From: Eledone cirrhosa
Lineage: Eukaryota
Direction of reading: 5' to 3'
Length of the DNA stretch: 64,000 bases
Assembly (NCBI GenBank): GCA_964016885.1
Contig: OZ024751.1
Location: forward strand, 20,708,001-20,772,000
Below are positions 28,267 to 43,994 of this stretch, piece after piece; the stretch's first letter is position 1; the number at the start of each line of letters is the position of its first letter. Made by a program: the position numbers and the translations under genes. A model generated the notes under the pieces. The model did no database searches. It worked only from the letters and a program-made list of their open reading frames with translations, and had not been told where the DNA came from.

Positions 28267-29494
28267 CCTGAAGATTTCATCTGAATGAAACAGTACTAGT
28301 ACTGTAGAAGCTCCTTCTATAAAATAATAAAAAAATTTTACTCTGCCATGTATTGAGTACCTTACTTACTGTGGTTATCCCCGACTCAACCCGGGACCTA
28401 CGTATATATATATATATATACGTATATATATATATATATACATGTATATATAAATATATAAATATATAAATACGCACACCCAGAAATGTACTTTAACAAT
28501 GTTTATGTTATTTATTGTCTTTGTATTAAATATATGTACTTAGCATCAACATCATCACTATCATCACCATCATCATCATCAAGCACACAACTTTTCTGGT
28601 ATGTGTGCATATAGTGACATTGCTGGTGGTTGTGGTGATGGTAGTGGTGGTGGTGGTGGTGGTGGTGGTGGTGGTGGTGGTGGTGGTGTTGATGATATTT
28701 TTCTCCAGCAAAAACTACCAGCTAATTACCGATCATTAGCATCTCTCCTGGACGTCGCAATAATTGATTCGTATGAGGAGAGTCAGTGTTGCTATATTCG
28801 GTCAGTGGGTGATGCTGGAGGGCAGAGCGTGTTGTGTATTAACTACAGGATGACGTTGGGAGGGAGAGGTGGGGTGAGGTGAGATGGGGGGTGGGGTGGG
28901 AGATGGGTAGAGGTAGAGGTGGGGGGTGAGGTGGGAGATGGGGAGAAAGACGGGAAAGAGAGGGGCGAGAGAAAGAGAGAGGTAGGAGAGGTGGGGGGGG
29001 GATAGGGAGAGGGGGAAGATAGAGAGGCCAGAGAGAAGGGGAGATAGAAAGAGAGAGAAAGGGGAGAGAGAGAGAGGGGCGAGAGAGAGAGAGAGAGAGG
29101 TAGGAGAGGTGGGGGAGAAGGGGGGGGGGGTGATAAGGCGGGGGGGAGGCGAGAGGAAGAAATAGGAAGATAGAGAGGCCAGAGAGAAGGGGAGATAGAA
29201 AGAGAGAGAAAGGGGAGAGAGAGAGAGAGAGGGGCGAGAGAGAGAGAGAGAGGTAGGAGAGGTGGGGGAGAAGGCGAGGGGTGAGGGGTGAGAAGGCGAG
29301 GGGGGAGGCGAGAGGAAGAAATAGGAAGATAGAGAGGCCAGAGAGAAGGGGAGATAGAAAGAGAGAGAAAGGGGGGAGAGAGAGAGAGAGAGAGGGGCGA
29401 GAGAGCGGGAGAGGGTGAGATAAAGTGAGGTAAAGAGAGAAAGAAAAAACTGTATGGTTTTACTTCGTATTTTTTACATGACATGGGATGTAGT

Positions 29495-30997
29495 GACAAT
29501 GATGATGATGATGGTGATGGTGATAGCGTTGATGGTGTTGGTGGTGGTGGTGGTGGTGGTGGTGGTGGTGGTGGTGGTGGTGGTGGTGGTGGTGGCGGTG
29601 GTGGTGTTGGTGTTGGTGGTGGTGGTGGTGGTGGTGGTGTTGGTGTTGGTGTTGGTGGTGGTGGTGGTGGTGGTGGTGGTGGTGGTGGTGGTGGTGGTGG
29701 TGGCGGTGGTGGTGTTGGTGTTGGTGGTGGTGGTGGTGGTGGTGGTGGTGGTGTTGGTGTTGGTGGTGGTGTTGGTGTTGGTGGTGGTGGTGGTGGTGGT
29801 GGTGGTGGCGGTGGCGGTGTTGGTGTTGGTGGTGGTGGTGGTGGTGGTGGTGGTTGTGGTGTTGGTGGTGTTGGTGGTGGTGGTGGTGGTGGTGGTGGTG
29901 TTGGTGGTGGTGGTGTTGTTGGTGGTGGTGGTGGTGTTGGTGGTGGTGGTGTTGGTGGTGGTGGTGGTGTTGGTGGTGGTGGTGGTGTTGGTGGTGGTGG
30001 TGGTGTTGGTGGTGGTGGTGTTGGTGGTGGTGGTGTTGGTGGTGGTGGTGGTGTTGGTGGTGGTGGTGGTGGTGGTGGTGGAGGTGGTGGTGGTGGTGGT
30101 GGTGGTGGTGGTGGTGGTGGTGTTGGTGGTGGTGGTGGTGGTGGTGGTGGTGGTGTTGGTGGTGGTGGTGGTGGTGATGGTGGTGGTGGTGTTGGTGGTG
30201 TTGGTGGTGGTGGTGGTGTTGGTGGTGGTGTTGGTGGTGGTGGTGGTGGTGTTGGTGGTGGTGGTGGTGGTGGTGGTGATGGTGGTGGTGGTGTTGGTGG
30301 TGGTGTTGGTGGTGGTGGTGTTGGTGTTGGTGGTGGTGGTGGTGGTGGTGATGGTGATGGTGATGGTGGTGTTGGTGTTGGTGGTGTTGATGGTATTGAC
30401 TGTGTTGGTGGTGGTGGTGGTGGTAGTGGTGGTGTTGATGGTATTGGCTGTGTTGGTGGTGGTGGTGGTGGGGTTTGTGGTGGTGTTTGTGGTGGTGTTT
30501 GTGGTGTTGATGGTATTGGCTGTGTTGGTGGCGGTGGTGTTGGTGGTGGGGTTTGTGGTGGGGTTTGTGGTGGTGTTTGTGGTGTTGTTGATGGTGATGG
30601 TGATGGTGATGGTGATGGTGATGGTAATTATGGTGATGGTGATGGTGATGGTGATGGTGATGGTAATGATGGTGATGGTGATGGTGATGGTGGTGGTAAT
30701 GATGATGGTGATGGTGATGGTAGTTATGGTGATGGTGATGGTAATGATGGTGATGGTGATGAAGATGGTGATGGTAATGATGGTGATGATGATGGTGGTG
30801 GTAATGATGATGGTGATCGTGATGGTGATGGTGATGATGATGGTGATGGTAATTATGGTGATGATGATGGTGATGGTAATGATGATGGTGATGTGATGAT
30901 GATGGTGATGGTAATGATGGTGATGATGATGGTGATGGTAATGATGATGGTGATGGTAGCGATGATGTAAATTATGATGGTGATGGTGATGATGATG
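29495..30997. repeat. (GGT/GTT/GAT)n trinucleotide array
   Basis: Directly visible. Confidence 0.95.
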
Positions 30998-31084
30998 AAT
31001 GTGCTGTAGAAATGTATTTGTAGAAAGAAGTCATTGTTCTTGTTATTGTTGCTGTAATCATTGTGAGAGTTGTATTCCTTATGC

Positions 31085-32021
31085 TGTTGTTATTGTTGTT
31101 ATTGTTGTTGCTGTTGATGGTGTTGTTGTTGTTGTTGTTATTGTTGTTGCTGTTGATGGTGTTGTTGTTGTTGTTGTTATGGCTGCTGTAGTTGTTGTTA
31201 TTGTTGTTCTTGTTATTGCTGCTGTAGTTGTTGTTATTGTTACTGTTGTTATGGCTGCTGTAGTTGTTATTGTTGCTGCTGATATTGTTGTTGCTGTTGT
31301 TGTTGTTGTAGTTATGGCTGCTGTAGTTGTTGTTATTGTTGTTGTTATTGTTGTTCTTGTTATTGCTGCTGTAGTTGTTATTATTGTTGCTGCTGATATT
31401 GTTGTTGCTGTTGTTGTTGTTGTTGTAGTTATGGCTGCTGTAGTTGTTGTTATTGTTGTTGTTATTGTTGTTCTTGTTATTGCTGCTGTAGTTGTTATTA
31501 TTGTTGCTGCTGATATTGTTGTTGCTGTTGTTGTTGTTGTTGTAGTTATGGCTGCTGTAGTTGTTGTTATTGTTGTAGTTATACTGTTGTCCTTTACAAG
31601 ATATTTTCTACTTACGAGTGAATATAACGGAAAGTTTCACTTCGGTTCTTAAAGTACATTTTGTGTGTATATACACACATTTCAGTGTATCTCTCTATAT
31701 ATGTATGTATATAGGTATATATGTGTATATGTATGAATATATATACGTGTGTATATGTATGTGTATATAGGTATATATGTGTATATGTATGAATATATAT
31801 ATGTGTGTATATGTATGTGTATATGTATGTATATAGGTATATATGTGTATATGTATGAATATATATACATGTATATATATATGTAGGTATATATGTGTAT
31901 ATGTATGAATATATATATATATGTGTATATGTATGTGTATATGTATGTGTATCTGTATGCATACATGTATAAATATAATATTAAAAAAATATATATACAG
32001 ACATAATACATAGACACATAA

Positions 32022-32069
<48 letters not shown>

Positions 32070-32808
32070 GTGTGTGTGTGTGCATGTGTGCGTGTGTAGG
32101 TATGTGTATATTTTCATACATATATGTATATACGCATACACAGATATATACACACACACACTCACACAGATATATATATATAAATATATATATTATATAT
32201 ATATATATATAATATATATATATATATACATATATAATATAAATATATATATAGTATATATATTTGTGCGTGTATGTATATGTTGGTGTATATATATATA
32301 TATAGATAGATGTGTGTGTATATATATGTTGGTGTACATATATATATATATGTGTATATATATGTTGGTGTACATATATATATATATATGTGTATATATA
32401 TGTTGGTGTACATATGTATATATATGTGTATATATATGTTGGTGTACATATATATATGTATGTATATATATATATGTTGGTGCATATATATTTGTCTGTC
32501 ATATATTTTAACACACGAGACACAGTAGGACACAAAATATGAAGAATTAAGCTTTTTTATTTGTTTTTCTTCCTTTTTTTATCATGTTTTTCTTTCTTGT
32601 TTTTTAATTTTTATTCTTGTATTGGAACTCTTTATAACGGAGATTCCGTTGTTGTATTCCTCCCCCTTCTCTCTCTCTCTCTTTCTTTCTTTCCTTCTTT
32701 CTTTCTTTCTCTCTCTCCCTTTCTATCTTCCTTTCTTTCTTTCTCTCTTTCTCTCTTTCTCTCTTTCTTTCTCTCTTTCTCTCTTTCTTTCTATCTTTCT
32801 TCTGTCTC

Positions 32809-32844
<36 letters not shown>

Positions 32845-33277
32845 TCATTCTCTCTCTTTTTTCTTTCTCCCTTTCTTTCTTTTTGTCTTTCTTTCTCTCT
32901 TTCTTTCTTTCTTTATTTCTTTCTTTCTTTCTTTCTTTCTTCTGTTTCTCTTTCTTTCATTTTTTCTTTCGCTCTTTCTCTCTTCTGTCTCTCTTTCTTT
33001 CTTCTTTCTTTCATTTTTTCTTTCTCTCTTTCTTTCTTCTGTCTCTATTTCTTTCTTTCTGTTTTCTTTCTTTCTTTCTTTCACTCTTTCTTTCTTTTTG
33101 CGTTCTTTCTTTCTTTCTGTCTTTGTTTCTCCCTCTCTTTTTTTCTTTCTTTCTTTAGCTCTTCAAAATCAGTTCAGTTCTTAATGTTGTTCTTGTCGTT
33201 GTTGTTGGTGTTAATAATATAATTGTTGTTGTTGTTCATGACGTTGTTGCTGTTGTTGTTGTTGTTGTTGTTGTTGC

Positions 33278-33308
<31 letters not shown>

Positions 33309-34080
33309 GCTGCTGCTGCTGCTGCTCTTCACATTATCCACATTTACCACTTCTGTTTTGCACTATTACGCTAGAACCCACCACCACCACCAACATTACC
33401 ACTACCACCACCACCACCACCACCACTACCACCCCAACACCACCACCAGCACCACCACCAACACCACTACCCCCCCCCAAGACCATCACGACCACCACCA
33501 ACATCACCACCACTATCCCCCCCCAGACCACCACCAACACCACTACCACCATCACCACCACCACCAACATCATCACCCCTAATACCATCACCACCACCTC
33601 CAATACCATCACCATCACCACCACCAACACCACCACCAACACCACTACGCCCCCCCCAGACCATCACGACCAGCACCAACATCACCACCACTATCCCCAA
33701 GACCCCCGCCCCCCAAGACCACCACCAACACCACTACCACCATCACCACCAACATCATCACCCCTAATACCATCACCACCACCCCCAATACCATCACCAC
33801 CACCACCACCACCAACATCATCACCCCTAATACCATCACCACCACCTCCAATACCATCACCATCACCACCACCAACACCACCACCAACACCACTACCCCC
33901 CCCCAGACCATCACGACCAGCACCAACATCACCACCACTATCCCCAAGACCCCCGCCCCCCAAGACCACCACCAACACCACTACCACCATCACCACCAAC
34001 ATCATCACCCCTAATACCATCACCACCACCCCCAATACCATCACCACCACCACCACCACATCACCACCATAACAACAACT
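31085..34080. repeat. Run of simple repeats: (GTT/GCT)n, (TA/TG)n, (CTTT)n and (CCA)n-based minisatellites
   Basis: Directly visible. Confidence 0.9.
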
Positions 34081-34359
34081 ACAGGTTTATCCATTATCAA
34101 CAGGAGAAATTACAACTTTTGGCAATGAGAAAATGAGATCAGAGCTGTAAAATAATGTAATTTACAAATTTCTATATCTGCGTGTGTGTATATATATATG
34201 TATGAGTATGTTTACCTATGTGTCTATGTATGTATATACGCGTATATGTATTATTGTGTGTGTGTATGTGCATGTGTATATGTATGCGTGCATGTACATA
34301 TATATGTAAGTATGTATGCATGCCTGTATGTATGTATGTATGTATATATGTATGCCTGC

Positions 34360-34407
<48 letters not shown>

Positions 34408-34418
34408 GTCTATATATA

Positions 34419-34487
<69 letters not shown>

Positions 34488-34932
34488 CTGTAACTCTGTA
34501 TATATATATGTATATGTGTGTGTGTGTATGCATGTGTATATGTATGTAAGTATATCTGAGCATGCAACGGAAATAGTGAGTCTCACACACACACATACAC
34601 ATACATATACACACACACATATACACATACACACAGTCACACATAGCAACATGTATGTATATAAGGTAGGCTGTATATTTAACAAAAATATTTGTATTGA
34701 GGCTAAACAAGAAAATGTTGTAATAGGAAATTTTGACAAATTGTAATATTAACCCTTTCACAGTAATAATACTTCTATTAGAAGACCTGTTTGGGGACCC
34801 CTTACCACCCTCCTAGCAAAGAAGAAGTGCCCTTTTACTGTAATAATACATCTACTGGAAGGCCTGCTTGAGGACCCTATTTCCATGACCCTCCCAGGAA
34901 TAAGTGGGCAAAGAAAAAGAACACTTTCACAA

Positions 34933-35124
34933 TAATTGTTTCTACTTTTGGCACAAGCCAGCAAATTATCCCAGTGCATTACTGGTACTTTATTTTATCG
35001 ACTCCGTAAGGATGAAAGGAAAAAGTTAGCCTCGGTGGGATTTGAACTCAGAATGGCAAGGGCTGTAACTCTATGCGTCAAAGCATGGCGTCCGACCCTC
35101 TACCGATACTGCCAGTTCACCGCC
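34933..35124 (-). mobile_element. SINE with TSD tttcacaataat
   Basis: Dominant family; duplicated flank. Confidence 0.88.
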
Positions 35125-35389
35125 ATTTCACAATAATAATAAATCTACTGGAACGTCTGCTTGAGGACCCTACCTCCACGACCCTCCCAGCAAAGTAGGC
35201 AAAGAAGAAAAGCCCTTTCACAGTAATTCTACAACAACTGATAGGCGTGCTTGAGAACTCTATTAAGTTTATTAGGTTTCCAAGAGACAGAACAATGACT
35301 TTAGTGTGGGTATCACAATAAATACTTGTAGCAAACTGTGCAAAGCAGCTGTAGGTTTCTGAACCCTGTTTCGTCTTGTCAATGATATG

Positions 35390-35550
35390 AGAACTCCTCT
35401 AGCGCCGATGCCACAGAAAAATGGTGCCCAGTATACTGTAAAGCAGTTGGTGTAGGAAGGGTGGCGTCAAGCTATAGAAACAATGTTAAAAAGGGAACAA
35501 TAAGCGAGTCGTGATCTCCTGATCTATCCACGAAGACGATAACTTGGCAA
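35390..35550 (+). mobile_element. Old SINE with Nin-like central domain
   Basis: gcgccgatgccacagaaaaa...cccagtatactgtaaagcagttggtgtaggaagggtggc resembles the Nin domain (recalled, not aligned). Confidence 0.5.
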
Positions 35551-35688
35551 AAGAACTAAAACACACTGCAACAATCATCCAATTCCTGATAGTCTGGAAA
35601 GCTTAGTATAATTTGATAATGATAATAGTTGGGATAGCAGTGGTTGTGGTGGAGGAGGTGATGACGATGATGATGATGGTGATGAAGA

Positions 35689-35720
<32 letters not shown>

Positions 35721-36135
35721 ATGATGAAGATGAAAGTGATGGTGCTGATGATGGTGATAAGAAGACATTTAAAGTTTCAAACTGAAATACATCCGAAAGC
35801 GAGAGAGATTTCACAACAGATATGAGAAAACTAATGAAAAGAAGACAAAAATAACACAAACAACCACCCGCACTCACCAGCGCCACACAGCGGCACTCGC
35901 CAGCGCCCCCTACCATCCCACTAAATGGACAAATAGTAAAATATTAGGGACACGTTTACAGCGTACATGGTGGTACTACAATGGTATAAGTATTATGTAT
36001 GTGTATGTCTATATATATGTGTATATATGTATTTATGTATCAAGGTATATGTGCATGTGTATGTGTATGTATGCATATATGTATGTATTAATGCATATGT
36101 ATGTATGTAGTAATGCCTATGTATATGTATGTATG

Positions 36136-36169
<34 letters not shown>

Positions 36170-36410
36170 TGTATGTGTGTATGTGTGTGTGTGTATGTAT
36201 GTATATATGTATGTAAGAATGTATGTATATATATATATATAGATGTATATGTATGCATATATGTATGTATGTATGTATGTATGTATATCTGTTCAGCGCA
36301 TGGGTAGGGGTTCTCCTACATGGATATAAAGTAGTGGCCGTACTCGAAAACGAGTTGCCAGCCACCATGTATATATATTATATGTATGTATATATATCAA
36401 AGGGCAAAGG

Positions 36411-36857
36411 AGCTCTTAAGAGTCAATGGTCATCCAAAATCACCGGGAGAGATGACCCCTTAGCCTTTGTCAAGGCAGAATTCTAGGAGAAGGAAAACTC
36501 TGATATAACACCTGCAACCCTGATGGTATCCAATGATGTTGACTTGTTCTTCTTTTTGGTAAATATCATCTTGGTTAAGAGAGTGGGACTGGCTTTGTGC
36601 AGTGCCTTTGCTCACTATAAAAGCTTCACGGCACAGGCATTGCTTTATATCTGGAGATCTCTCTGCACTTGTCGTCACATGGTACCATGGGCCCAGCACT
36701 ATGTGTCAATAATTGTCACAAGTATAGTGTTTGTACCAGAGTTTTCAAGTCGCTGGCTGGACTAAAAAGTCACACTCGTTCAGCGCATCGGTAGGGGTTC
36801 TCTTACATGGATATAAAGTAGTGGCCGTACTCGAAAACGAGTTGGCAGCCACCATGT
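36411..36857 (+). mobile_element. Bipartite non-autonomous RTE derivative (5' UTR + 3' end); extra 3' end at 36290-36370
   Basis: Head has ctaggagaaggaaaactctga; tail codes C..C...F.SLAGLKSH and ends tactcgaaaacgagttggcagccacc(ATGT)n. Confidence 0.78.
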
Positions 36858-37605
36858 ATGTATATCTGTAAATATATATGTATGCATGCGTCTATATATA
36901 TAGATGTATATGTATGCATATATGTATGTATGTATATCTGTAAATATATATGTATGCATGCGTCTATGCATGTACGCATGTGAGTATATTATTATTGTCT
37001 ATATGTATATATGTATATACATAAATATTATGTATATATGAATGTATGTACGTATGTATATATGTAAATATATATGTATACATGTGTGTATGTATATATG
37101 CACGTGTGTATATTATTATTGTCTATATGTATATATTTATATACAGAAGTATGTATGTATAGAAGTATGTATATATGTAAATATATATGTATGCATGTGT
37201 GTATGTATAAACGCATGTGTGTATATATGTATATACGTAAGTATGTATGTATATATGTATGTGTATATGTATGCATGTTTGTGTGTATATATGTATATAC
37301 ATAAGTATGTATGTATATATGTATGTATATATGTAAGTATATATGTAAATATATATGTATGTATGTTTGTATGTATATATGTATATACATAAGTATGTAT
37401 GTATAGAAGTATGTATGTATGTAAGTATATATGTGTATATAAAGTGGTATTGTGAGGGGTAGGCGTGTAGGGATGGTCTGGATAGTTGTTAGTGTTTAAC
37501 CGTGAAAAGTCTGCAGGAAACAACAAAATTACTGCAAAGTTAGCAGCTTACTCTGGCGAATAAGCTTCAATCAGAATTTTTTTAAAAATGTTCCACTTGC
37601 TTTAT

Positions 37606-37733
<128 letters not shown>

Positions 37734-37759
37734 GTATATGTAAATATATATATATATAT

Positions 37760-37828
<69 letters not shown>

Positions 37829-38000
37829 TGTATATATATATATATATATATATTGTGTGTGTTTGTGTGTGTGCGTGTGTATATGTAAATATATATATAT
37901 AGACACATATATATATATATATGTTTATATATATATATATATATATATGTATATGCATATATATATATATGTGTGTATAGGTATATATATATGTATATGC

Positions 38001-38117
<117 letters not shown>

Positions 38118-38267
38118 CATACATGTATATATATATATATACGTACACTTAAACTAGAAATTGCACTTTTACAATTTTCCCCCCGAATATAAATTAGGAG
38201 CAGTGTCTTATCTACATGGTGAGTTAGATAAGAGATCACCATGGAGGGGGGACTGTTCCAATCATAT

Positions 38268-38308
<41 letters not shown>

Positions 38309-38387
38309 CATACGTACATATATATATATATACATAAATAAGCATAAGTATGTATATATATAAATATATGTATATGTATATATATAA

Positions 38388-38455
<68 letters not shown>

Positions 38456-38494
38456 ATATATATACTTATGGTTATTTATGTACATACATATTAT

Positions 38495-38601
<107 letters not shown>

Positions 38602-38829
38602 TTGTTTCATTCCTTTTTCCTTTTCAGGCCTCGTTATTTATTTATCTATAGCCTTTTGTATATTTATTTAATAATTTATTCATTTATTCATTTACAGTTA
38701 TTTGACGAAATGAAAAAAAATAAAATGTCTAATTGGAACACTAAGAACTCCACTCCCCCCGTCTCACACACACACACTACAACGAAGCAACCTCCATTTC
38801 CATCAACATAACATATGCTTACTGCCAGC

Positions 38830-38913
<84 letters not shown>

Positions 38914-39099
38914 CACACAAACACGACATCCTCAATTATTTTCCTCGTCAAGAACTAAACTTATTTCCAATTTGGTTTCATTTCCCAAGAGGTAACATTT
39001 CATTCTATTTAAATGAAGATATTAGTGGTAATTATAGGTAATTTTTTTCCTCAGCTTTGCTGAATGTACGTTGTAATTGTTACTGACGGTAGTTTAGTC

Positions 39100-39400
39100 A
39101 GGAACACAGAAAAGTGTGTGCTCCTTGGTATATCTATCCATGAACTCTTCATAGACCAAATAACAGCCGATGGTTGTAGGACTATGTTTTTTCAAACAGA
39201 GCTTCCATTTTATTGGATTGCTTCTTTCTCTTCTGTCTTTCTTTTAGAAACCAAACATATTTTGAAAGGGATGTCAGCAATAGCAACCAAACCTGTTCGA
39301 AATACGTTCATGGAGACGAAATCGTCCGACAACATATCCGTTCATTGTTTGTCAGCATATATATGTCAGTCCCGGGTTCAATCAGTAAGGTATTCAATAC
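39100..39400 (-). pseudogene. Highly degenerate PLE endonuclease C-terminal fragment (Naiad-like)
   Basis: Minus strand TSLSKYVWFLKE then, frameshifted, IKWKLCL. Confidence 0.45.
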
Positions 39401-39597
39401 ATTAGTAGAGTGTAAACACCAAGTTTAATACAGAAATGGCTTCTACTGGACTAGAACTCGCCCATTCTAAAGAAATCATCACACAAACACAAATATATAT
39501 ATATATATATATATATAAACTAAGTTCTTCATACGGATTGGACATTGAGTTCTTCATACGGATTGGACACTACCGTAAACTCTTGGTAGATTTTATC

Positions 39598-39671
<74 letters not shown>

Positions 39672-39917
39672 GTAGAACACTATATATAATATATAGTGTA
39701 TATATATATATATATAAATCGGAAAGAAGAGTGACACGGTTTGCTTTACAAAAAAGGTTTTTAATCTCATTGCTGACAATTGTTTCTCTGAACTGGTAGG
39801 TCTAGAGATCGCTATCCGCTTATTTTCACGTTACTCGATCGCCAATACAAAGTTATAACCAGTCAGTTCATCGGAGCTTTCTACACCTAAGAGCATATAA
39901 CAATTATTTGTTACCCC

Positions 39918-39995
<78 letters not shown>

Positions 39996-40090
39996 CGCCT
40001 AATAGCAACATCTTTTTCTGTCTTTAAGGGTCTTCACTCTATTTTATAAGTTATGTTATATTATCACCGCGCATGAGCACGCCGTTCTTT

Positions 40091-40156
<66 letters not shown>

Positions 40157-40717
40157 GGGGGGGGTGAGAGGGAGGAAGAGGGAGTGAGAGAGTGGGAGGA
40201 GAGGGAGTGAGAGAAAGAAAGAGAGAGTGATCATTTTAGAAATGTGTCTTTTACAATATTTACACACAAAATTTACATATCTAATATAAAAAAAAAGAAG
40301 AAAGAAAACGACAAAAGAAAAGAACCAATGATAAAAATGAAAGGTGTTAAAGTTATTCTGCCAGAAGATACGGCCGCCCCGCCACTAAAATTGTTTACAT
40401 AAAATTGTTTTCTTGGTTTAACACGAAAAATGGACATTGTGATAATATGACCTTGACTGATGACAGCCAAGTCCACCATCTCTCCACCCCACCGCTCTCA
40501 GCACCACCATTAACAACCATTTCTAAAAAAACACTACCACCATACCAATACTACCACCAACACCATCATAACCGCAACCATTAATCCCACCACAACCTAG
40601 CACTAGCACCGCCACAACTACTACAACAATACCAACACAACTACCACAACCAACACCACCACCACCAACACCACTGCAATCAGCAGGAGCAGTACCACCA
40701 CCACAACCACCACCACC

Positions 40718-41317
40718 ATAAATGTTCGGTGAATACATACATACATATATATATGTGTGCATGTATGTATATATATATATACATACTATTGTACGTCTGT
40801 ATACATATATGTATGTACGTGTACATACTTATATTTAAGTAACAGCCGTTACTAAGAGTGGGAAATGAAATTTCGTTTCATTTTTTCCGTTTATCGTTTT
40901 CGGTGCACCCGGCCGATTACCCACTCGATATGCAAATTAGGCTGCTCAGCCGTTAATATGCATAAGGAAAGTATATACTTTCAGACGTTCAATCATCTGG
41001 CAGGAAGGTATACGTTGCTGACGATAACTAATAAGCTTGAAACTAGTACAGCGTTCCTTGTCAGTGTTGATCAAACGAGCAACGATGGTTGTTAGACACT
41101 TCGGCTTAATACGGGATGTTTGTTTACAAACACACTGAGCATTATAATAAATGTTCGTGAATACATACGTACATATATATATGTGTGCATGTATGTATAT
41201 ATATATATACATACTACTGTACGTCTGTATACATATGTGTATGTACGTATACATACTTATATTTAAGTAACAGCCGTACTAAGAGTGTGAAAATTTCGTT
41301 TCATTTTTTCCGTTTAT
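40718..41317 (+). mobile_element. Family F retrozyme-like repeat (~1.4 units, ~429-bp period)
   Basis: Direct repeats start at 40718 and 41147; the element ends cattttttccgtttat|(AT)n. Confidence 0.8.
41013..41053 (+). ncRNA. Minimal type I hammerhead ribozyme
   Basis: cgttg-CTGACGA-taactaataagctt-GAAA-ctag-TA-cagcg. Confidence 0.85.
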
Positions 41318-41446
41318 ATATTTATATATATATATGCATATTATATATATAATACATATACGCATATATATATATGCATATATATGTATATATATATATA
41401 TGCATTTATATATATATATATGCGTATATATATGCATATATATGCA

Positions 41447-41646
41447 NNNNNNNNNNNNNNNNNNNNNNNNNNNNNNNNNNNNNNNNNNNNNNNNNNNNNN
41501 NNNNNNNNNNNNNNNNNNNNNNNNNNNNNNNNNNNNNNNNNNNNNNNNNNNNNNNNNNNNNNNNNNNNNNNNNNNNNNNNNNNNNNNNNNNNNNNNNNNN
41601 NNNNNNNNNNNNNNNNNNNNNNNNNNNNNNNNNNNNNNNNNNNNNN
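41447..41646. other. Assembly gap (200 N)
   Basis: N run. Confidence 1.
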
Positions 41647-41840
41647 TCAGGTTTGAGGTTCACCACTGTATAGAGCTGGTCTATTCCGTATGGTCAATCG
41701 TAATGCAATAATATAGAGAGTACTCAACGTAAAGCAGTTCAACCGTCTTTGTTTTTGTAGTTGGTGGTGCTATTACGGAGTTAAATATTATAATGAAATG
41801 ACAGGAGGCTGGATTTGTGTAAATCCTTGAAAGGTTTATT

Positions 41841-41898
41841 ATACTATGATCATTTCAATGACCGGGTTCCGTATGAATCCGGTGATATCATCAGGTAT
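41841..41898 (-). ncRNA. Minimal type I hammerhead ribozyme (distinct family)
   Basis: Minus strand: atac-CTGATGA-tatcaccggattcatacggaacccggtcatt-GAAA-tgatca-TA-gtat, then AATAAA. GAGTACT lies downstream at 41719-41725. Confidence 0.85.
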
Positions 41899-42122
41899 TC
41901 GAAATATAATACGTGAATGTAATAGGTAAAATCCATGGGGCTGAAAATCGAGACCCGAGGGCGACCGCTATTCTGTTCCTTCAACCTCAGCCGGTCGCCC
42001 TGGAGCGTATGTATCTATATATATGTAGATACATATACATACATACACATATGTATCTATATATATATAGATACATATACATACATACATATATATATAC
42101 ATACATATATACATACCTATAT

Positions 42123-42213
<91 letters not shown>

Positions 42214-42711
42214 AAAGAATTGATAAAAATAACGAAAATGAAAACAAAGGAAATGAATGGAGAAGGGAGGAAAGGGAGAGAACTATGATGGTAAAAGTTT
42301 GAACCTTTTATGTCCAATAGAGACCAGGGGGATGGCGGAGGAAAGAAGAGAAAGAAAGAAAGGAAGACGTAAGAAATAGCAGTAATATTCATTATGTAGG
42401 AACATGAATGGAAACTATGTAAGTTCAAAAGGTCATAGAAAAAAAGACATTCAAATGTATTGTTTTTTTTATAACAGTAGTATCGTATGTATGTATGTAT
42501 GTATGTATGTATGTATGTATGTATGTATGTATGTATGTATGTATGGATGTATGAATGCATGTATGTATGTATGTATGTATGTATGTATGTATGTATGTAT
42601 GTATATATGTATGTGTGTATGTATGTGTGTGAGATGTATATATATGTACATTTGTATGTATGAATGTAAGTACGAATGTGTACATGGATGTATGCATGTA
42701 TGTGTATATGA

Positions 42712-42794
<83 letters not shown>

Positions 42795-42854
42795 CATATA
42801 TATATATACACACATACATATATGTATTATGTATATATACGCGCACACACACAT

Positions 42855-42887
<33 letters not shown>

Positions 42888-42938
42888 CATTTATGTATAT
42901 ACATATAGATATATATATATAAATATACATAGTACTTG

Positions 42939-42988
<50 letters not shown>

Positions 42989-43366
42989 GGTGTGTGTGCA
43001 ATACAGAAAACCAAATATATATACATACATATATATACATGCATACATACATACATACATATTCACATACATATATGCGTATACAAACATAAATATATAT
43101 ATGCATGAATACATACATGCAACATACATATATGCATACATACATATACAAACATACATACATATATACATGCATGCATACATGAGTACATACATACTTA
43201 CACATGTACATACATACATGCATACATACACACACATATATAATTATGTATTCTCTATATTAATATATAGCTCCAATTCTGTGATATAAATTATATCTCT
43301 CCAAATATAGGACAAATTTAATGCAGATAATCTTACTTTGAGATAATGTTAAATATCATTTATACA

Positions 43367-43405
<39 letters not shown>

Positions 43406-43489
43406 ATGTTTATATATACAGAGTGTTCCCCCCCCCCAAAAAAAAATATATAAAGCATTTTTTCGCTCTACATGGCTGAATACAATAAA

Positions 43490-43866
43490 TGTAATCTGAG
43501 TTTTTCGAATATTAATAATAACATTCGATTCATTTGCAGTTCTGTTTCTATGCCAACACATGAGGAAGGATGAAGGGTTCATTCTACTGGCATGGCTTTA
43601 AAAATGAGGCTTGTTTGCATAATTGCAAACGAATCGAATGTTATTACTAATATAGGGCGGTGGATTGGCAGTATCGGTAGAGGGTCGGACGCTATGCTTT
43701 GCAGCAAAGAGTTACGTCCCTTTACGATCTGAGTTCAAATCCCGCCGAGGTTGACTGCCTTTCATCCTTACGGGGTCGATAAAGTAAAGTACCAGTAATG
43801 CACTGGGTAATTGCTGGCCTTGTGCCAAAAAGTAGACACAATTATTGATATTCGAAAAACTCAGAT

Positions 43867-43870
<4 letters not shown>
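43490..43870. mobile_element. Fold-back element with a SINE (43655-43845, +) inserted in the right arm
   Basis: tgtaatctgagtttttcgaatattaataataacattcgattc is inverted to gaatcgaatgttattactaata[SINE]gatattcgaaaaactcagattaca. Confidence 0.75.
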
Positions 43871-43907
<37 letters not shown>

Positions 43908-43994
43908 TGTCCCAAAAATCTCATACACACTTTGATTACCTGTTCAGGCAATATTTATTTATATATATATGTGTGTGTGTGTGTGTTGATTGCT

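Noticed and set aside
29454-30970. 480-495-aa poly-V / poly-G ORFs
   Set aside because: Pure trinucleotide repeat read-through.
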